Shown here piece after piece: positions 32,419 to 35,055 of a stretch of 35,055 bases of DNA; positions within the stretch are counted from its first letter, which is position 1; every line of letters begins with the position of its first letter. Both the position numbers and the translations under genes were made by a program. This stretch comes from a virus, in the IMG/VR virus record IMGVR_UViG_3300000944_000003, positions 1 to 35,055 of that record. One strand, written 5' to 3'. The notes under the pieces were generated by a model, which made no database searches, had not been told where the DNA came from, and saw only the letters and a list, made by a program, of their open reading frames with translations.

Positions 32419-32593
32419 TTATACCATCTGGTACAATTCTCGGGATACCTATATATCTAAATTTTTCGGATTTATAGGGACATAATTAGTATATATCGAT
32501 AGCGATGTTTGACCATAGAAATATTATAGTGTTATTAATATGTTGGCAGGCCATTTCTTTTCAAAAGAAGTAAGTCGCTGTAGGTGTGTCATG

Positions 32594-32633
32594 AGGGGAT
32601 TCCGTGCAAAAATTGGATCCCCTTTTTTATTTT
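32594..32633 (+). terminator. Rho-independent terminator on the + strand at the entry to the small-gene cassette
   Basis: AGGGGAT(T)CC - gtgcaaaaatt - GGATCCCCT is followed by TTTTTTATTTT. The - strand reading has no U-tract, so it acts on the + strand only. Confidence 0.7.
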
Positions 32634-32696
32634 AAAGCTAAAGTTTTTTTAAGTGTTGCCGATAAGATTTATATAACAACGATCGGATGGACGCTT

Positions 32697-32852
32697 ATGA
32701 AATTCTTATCAACCCACTGTAATGCCTGGATAAACTCACTTTGTACGCCTCAAAAAAAAGAAGGTTTGCCACCTTATTATTGGCTAACTGTATTTGTTGG
32801 CACCGCTGCTCTTATGGTAGCAATATCTTTGATGAGCCATTTCATGGTTTGA
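32697..32852 (+). CDS. Small membrane protein, 51 aa (shortened from tracked ORF 32604..32852)
   Basis: The tracked GTG start lies inside the terminator hairpin, so ATG 32697 is preferred. C-terminal TM helix (YYWLTVFVGTAALMVAISLM). Confidence 0.4.
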   Translation: MKFLSTHCNAWINSLCTPQKKEGLPPYYWLTVFVGTAALMVAISLMSHFMV

Positions 32853-32884
32853 TTGTTTTAAAACGTCGGTGAAATATTGGAGGA

Positions 32885-33295
32885 ATGATGATTGGTTGGG
32901 ACGCGTTGGAGCTTGCTAGAAAAACTCCAAATCTTAGATTTGTTTATGAAGATTGGTGCCCGGACTCATATTTGTTTTTTGACGAGTCAGGATTTTGCAA
33001 AGATGATGATGGTACTAAGCATACTTTGCCATGCTATCTTTTATCAAAAGAGGGTTGGAGGCTAGAAAAGCCAGAACCGAAGATCATCAAATGGTACCGG
33101 CCAAAAGTTGTTTGGTATGAAGACGAACCAAGCCCTTGTGTCCTAAGAGATAACGATAGAAAAGACAGATATCATGATAATAAAGACCTAATAAACTGGT
33201 CAGCTTTAGAATACAAAGTCCTAGAGTGGGAAGAAAAAGAATTCCCTGAAACTTGGGACGCATTGGATCACATGGGCGAAAGCTCTTTAGGATGA
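32885..33295 (+). CDS. Hypothetical protein with a GWDAL N-terminal module (DUF2829/Tad2-reminiscent), 136 aa
   Basis: SD GGAGGA is present. IGWDALELARKTPNLRFVYEDW aligns with the N-terminus of the next ORF and resembles the DUF2829 opening pattern F-x-x-AL-x-x-hK-x-G-x-x-h-R-R-x-x-W. Confidence 0.65.
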   Translation: MMIGWDALELARKTPNLRFVYEDWCPDSYLFFDESGFCKDDDGTKHTLPCYLLSKEGWRLEKPEPKIIKWYRPKVVWYEDEPSPCVLRDNDRKDRYHDNKDLINWSALEYKVLEWEEKEFPETWDALDHMGESSLG

Positions 33296-33328
33296 ATACA
33301 TGCTTAAGGCTGCTTGGAAGAAGAATAA

Positions 33329-33562
33329 ATGAAAACTCGAACAGGCTGGGAAGCGCTAAGGATAATCCAAATGCATCCTGGATCTAGAATGATCGAAATC
33401 GGAAAGCCAGGTGTGTGGTTTGAATGTAAAAGTGGGCTTTTAACAAGACACAAAGACTCTTTGCCAAGAGAATATGAAGTAATTACAAAATTGGACATCG
33501 AAAGATTTCATATGCAAATATTTGCAATTACGAAAGAATCGTTTGAGGAAGGGCAGTTTTAA
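33329..33562 (+). CDS. Hypothetical protein with a GWEAL N-terminal module (paralog of 32885..33295), 77 aa
   Basis: TGWEALRIIQMHPGSRMIEIGKPGVWFECKSG shares G-W-[DE]-A-L, Pro at +10, Arg at +13 and F-[DE]-x-x-SG with the upstream ORF. Confidence 0.6.
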   Translation: MKTRTGWEALRIIQMHPGSRMIEIGKPGVWFECKSGLLTRHKDSLPREYEVITKLDIERFHMQIFAITKESFEEGQF

Positions 33563-33601
33563 AATAGAGTTTGAAATAATATAGATTAGAGGTGCGTCAA
33601 A

Positions 33602-33814
33602 ATGAAAGTGACGATGCAATTTGAATTGCCCGAAGATCAACAGCAACTCGAAGCAGCAATGAAAGCCTTCGATTACAAGCATGCACTATTTGATTTCGCA
33701 GAAGAGATACGCCGCCGCACCAAGCACGTTGATGATTGCAAGACCGATTGGGAAAGTGTTAGTTCAGTTTTTTTCGATATAATAAATGAACGAGGCGTTG
33801 AATTATATGATTAA
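33602..33814 (+). CDS. Hypothetical acidic protein, 70 aa
   Basis: ORF with an upstream GAGG. No motif recognised. Confidence 0.6.
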   Translation: MKVTMQFELPEDQQQLEAAMKAFDYKHALFDFAEEIRRRTKHVDDCKTDWESVSSVFFDIINERGVELYD

Positions 33815-33929
33815 GCGTGAAACTTTAATATTGATAATAATGATGGTTATTTCATCAACATGTTTTGCAGTTTCGATCTATTTTTTTGCTTGTTTATTTT
33901 TTAAATTATTTATTGATTTAAATATCTAA
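33807..33929 (+). CDS. Possible 40-aa hydrophobic peptide (below the ORF-track cutoff)
   Basis: Hand translation gives MIKRETLILIIMMVISSTCFAVSIYFFACLFFKLFIDLNI. The ATG overlaps the upstream stop (ATGATTAA). It could be a chance ORF in AT-rich sequence. Confidence 0.25.
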   Translation: MIKRETLILIIMMVISSTCFAVSIYFFACLFFKLFIDLNI

Positions 33930-34273
33930 AGCTTATAGCTGAGCTTGAACTCGGGCTTCATGGATTTATCTGAGCTCGTATGATCTATAGCCTGTTTTGG
34001 CCGGCCTACGATCCTGTCTAGAAATTCTGAGACAACTTTCCAATCGCCTTTTTGCACAGCTTTAATAAACATGTTTACAAGGATGGTTTGCTCGCCAGCA
34101 TTTAGTATTGCTTCGAGCTCGGTCTTTGTCAGATTCAGCATATCCGAGCATTTATTTATTTGATCTTCTGTAGCTTTTCTTACTCGCCTTCGGTCGCTTG
34201 AAAGCCTTGGGCGGCCTTTCGGATTTCCAGATTGGCCTTTTTTAAATGATGTTTTATTTCTTCTTTGCGGCAT
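33926..34273 (-). CDS. DUF5681-like protein, terminase small subunit candidate, 115 aa
   Basis: FKKGQSGNPKGRPR is the DUF5681-type GNPxGRP motif. FLDRIVGRPKQAI is the LDRxxGKPxQ ending seen in small-terminase-like proteins. ATG 34273 with an upstream GGGAGA is preferred over the tracked start 34372, which overlaps the ParB-like gene. Confidence 0.55.
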   Translation of the reverse strand: MPQRRNKTSFKKGQSGNPKGRPRLSSDRRRVRKATEDQINKCSDMLNLTKTELEAILNAGEQTILVNMFIKAVQKGDWKVVSEFLDRIVGRPKQAIDHTSSDKSMKPEFKLSYKL

Positions 34274-34295
34274 CTGCCTGTAATCTCCCTGATTA

Positions 34296-34790
34296 TTACA
34301 CAGGCTCTCCGCAGTTTTTGCACAGTTTTGGACCGTCATTTGGAGAGCTTTCCGTCTCATCTGAAACTTCATTTAATTCTACATCAATATTCGAATCGAG
34401 TTTGAAATCCTTGAAACCAAGGAGATCCAAATCAAAATTGATGCCATCAAGCTCTGATAGGTCCTTATTTATATCTTTAAGGCTTAGCTCGGCCCATTCT
34501 GAAATTGCATTGTCAGATATTAGAAATGCGTATTCCTGGTCGTCATCTTCGAAATCTTGATAGCTTACCGGAACAGTTTTAAGTCCCATTTTCTTCGCGG
34601 CTGCAAGCCTTCCATGGCCTGCGACGATGCATCCAGAGCGCGTTGATACGATTATCGGAAGCCGCCATCCTTGATATTTTATAAGCCGCTCAAGCCGGGC
34701 TATTTGATCATCAGGGTGTTTGTTTCGATTTTTTGGGTGCGGTTTTAGATCCTTGGTTTTTACCCACTCGATATTTATTTCTGCGCTCAT
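34296..34790 (-). CDS. ParB-like nuclease domain protein, 164 aa
   Basis: LKPHPKNRNKHPDDQIARLERLIKYQGWRLPIIVSTRSGCIVAGHGRLAAAKKMGLKTVPV matches the ParB N-terminal (ParBc) domain signature, including the xGHxR box. Acidic C-terminal half with a terminal CxxC (CKNCGEPV). Confidence 0.8.
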   Translation of the reverse strand: MSAEINIEWVKTKDLKPHPKNRNKHPDDQIARLERLIKYQGWRLPIIVSTRSGCIVAGHGRLAAAKKMGLKTVPVSYQDFEDDDQEYAFLISDNAISEWAELSLKDINKDLSELDGINFDLDLLGFKDFKLDSNIDVELNEVSDETESSPNDGPKLCKNCGEPV

Positions 34791-35035
34791 TTAGATTTTA
34801 GATCTGACTGAGGCTTTGGTTTTGGACCGGGCTTTGCTTTGGCCTTGGGTTTGGATTTAAGGCTATCTTGGCACTCTCTGAGCTTTAGGATGAGTTCTGC
34901 GAGCTTAAATACCTTGTCGATGTTTCGGCCATGGATGGCGTCTTTTAGCATCGCCTGGCCATATGTGTATGGCTGAAAGCTATTTAGCTCGGCCATTGGC
35001 ATTACAAGTAGTTTGGTCATTAGATCAACATCCAT
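34787..35035 (-). CDS. Hypothetical protein with Lys/Pro-rich tail, 82 aa; start lies inside the terminal repeat
   Basis: ATGA overlap with the ParB-like gene. ATG at 35033-35035 corresponds to positions 27-29 of the left repeat copy. SD AAGGG is found at 36-40 after circularisation. Confidence 0.6.
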   Translation of the reverse strand: MDVDLMTKLLVMPMAELNSFQPYTYGQAMLKDAIHGRNIDKVFKLAELILKLRECQDSLKSKPKAKAKPGPKPKPQSDLKSK

Positions 35036-35055
35036 GAATTAACCCTTTATTATTA
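35007..35055. repeat. Direct terminal repeat, right copy (49 bp, identical to 1..49)
   Basis: Exact identity to bases 1-49. Confidence 0.95.

Noticed and set aside
32604-32696. N-terminal third of tracked ORF 32604..32852 (GTG start).
   Set aside because: The GTG lies inside the loop and stem of the + strand intrinsic terminator (32594-32633), and the first 31 codons cross the U-tract. The internal ATG at 32697 is more plausible.
1-35055. Lysogeny module (integrase, excisionase plus repressor, attP), diversity-generating retroelement or retron.
   Set aside because: No tyrosine or serine recombinase motifs, no reverse-transcriptase motifs (YxDD) and no template/variable repeat pair were found in any frame. 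The small HTH_17-like protein alone is insufficient to call an excision system.

Overview
The window is a complete tailed dsDNA phage genome. It has about 35,006 unique bp and closes on an exact 49-bp direct terminal repeat (1-49 = 35007-35055). I found no rRNA, tRNA, CRISPR array, integrase, repressor, DNA polymerase, primase or helicase.

Layout:
- Left accessory arm, 195-4712. It holds a + strand lipoprotein and a - strand operon: a GULO/ALO-type FAD oxidase, a NUMOD4/HNH_3 homing endonuclease, a small HNH endonuclease, two small ORFs and a leaderless S8 subtilase.
- An ORF-poor, hairpin-dense divergent control region of about 0.85 kb, 4713-5567.
- A + strand early/recombination operon, 5568-8117: HTH, ERF annealase, SSB and small proteins.
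- One very long - strand late operon, 32355 down to 8124. In order it encodes TerL, portal, two paralogous small proteins, scaffold, major capsid, a fibre-like block, a PAP2/vanadium-haloperoxidase-like enzyme, an EF-hand protein, the tail tube, G/GT chaperones with a -1 frameshift, and a 940-aa tape measure. It continues with tail tip and fibre proteins, a holin/spanin-like cassette, a Gly-rich protein, an NlpC/P60-type lysin and RusA.
- A + strand cassette of small genes, 32594-33929, preceded by an intrinsic terminator.
- A - strand ParB-like nuclease plus DUF5681/TerS-like operon, 33926-35035.

Most unusual:
- A PAP2/haloperoxidase-like enzyme translationally coupled inside the virion operon.
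- A separately encoded, H2O2-generating-type FAD oxidase.
- A cytoplasmic subtilase.
- A 16-bp motif present three times in left-arm intergenic regions.
- The long structured non-coding region.
- Two paralogous small proteins reminiscent of DUF2829/Tad2 in the cassette that separates the TerS-like gene from TerL.

All functional calls come from motif recognition by eye and from gene order. No database search was possible.
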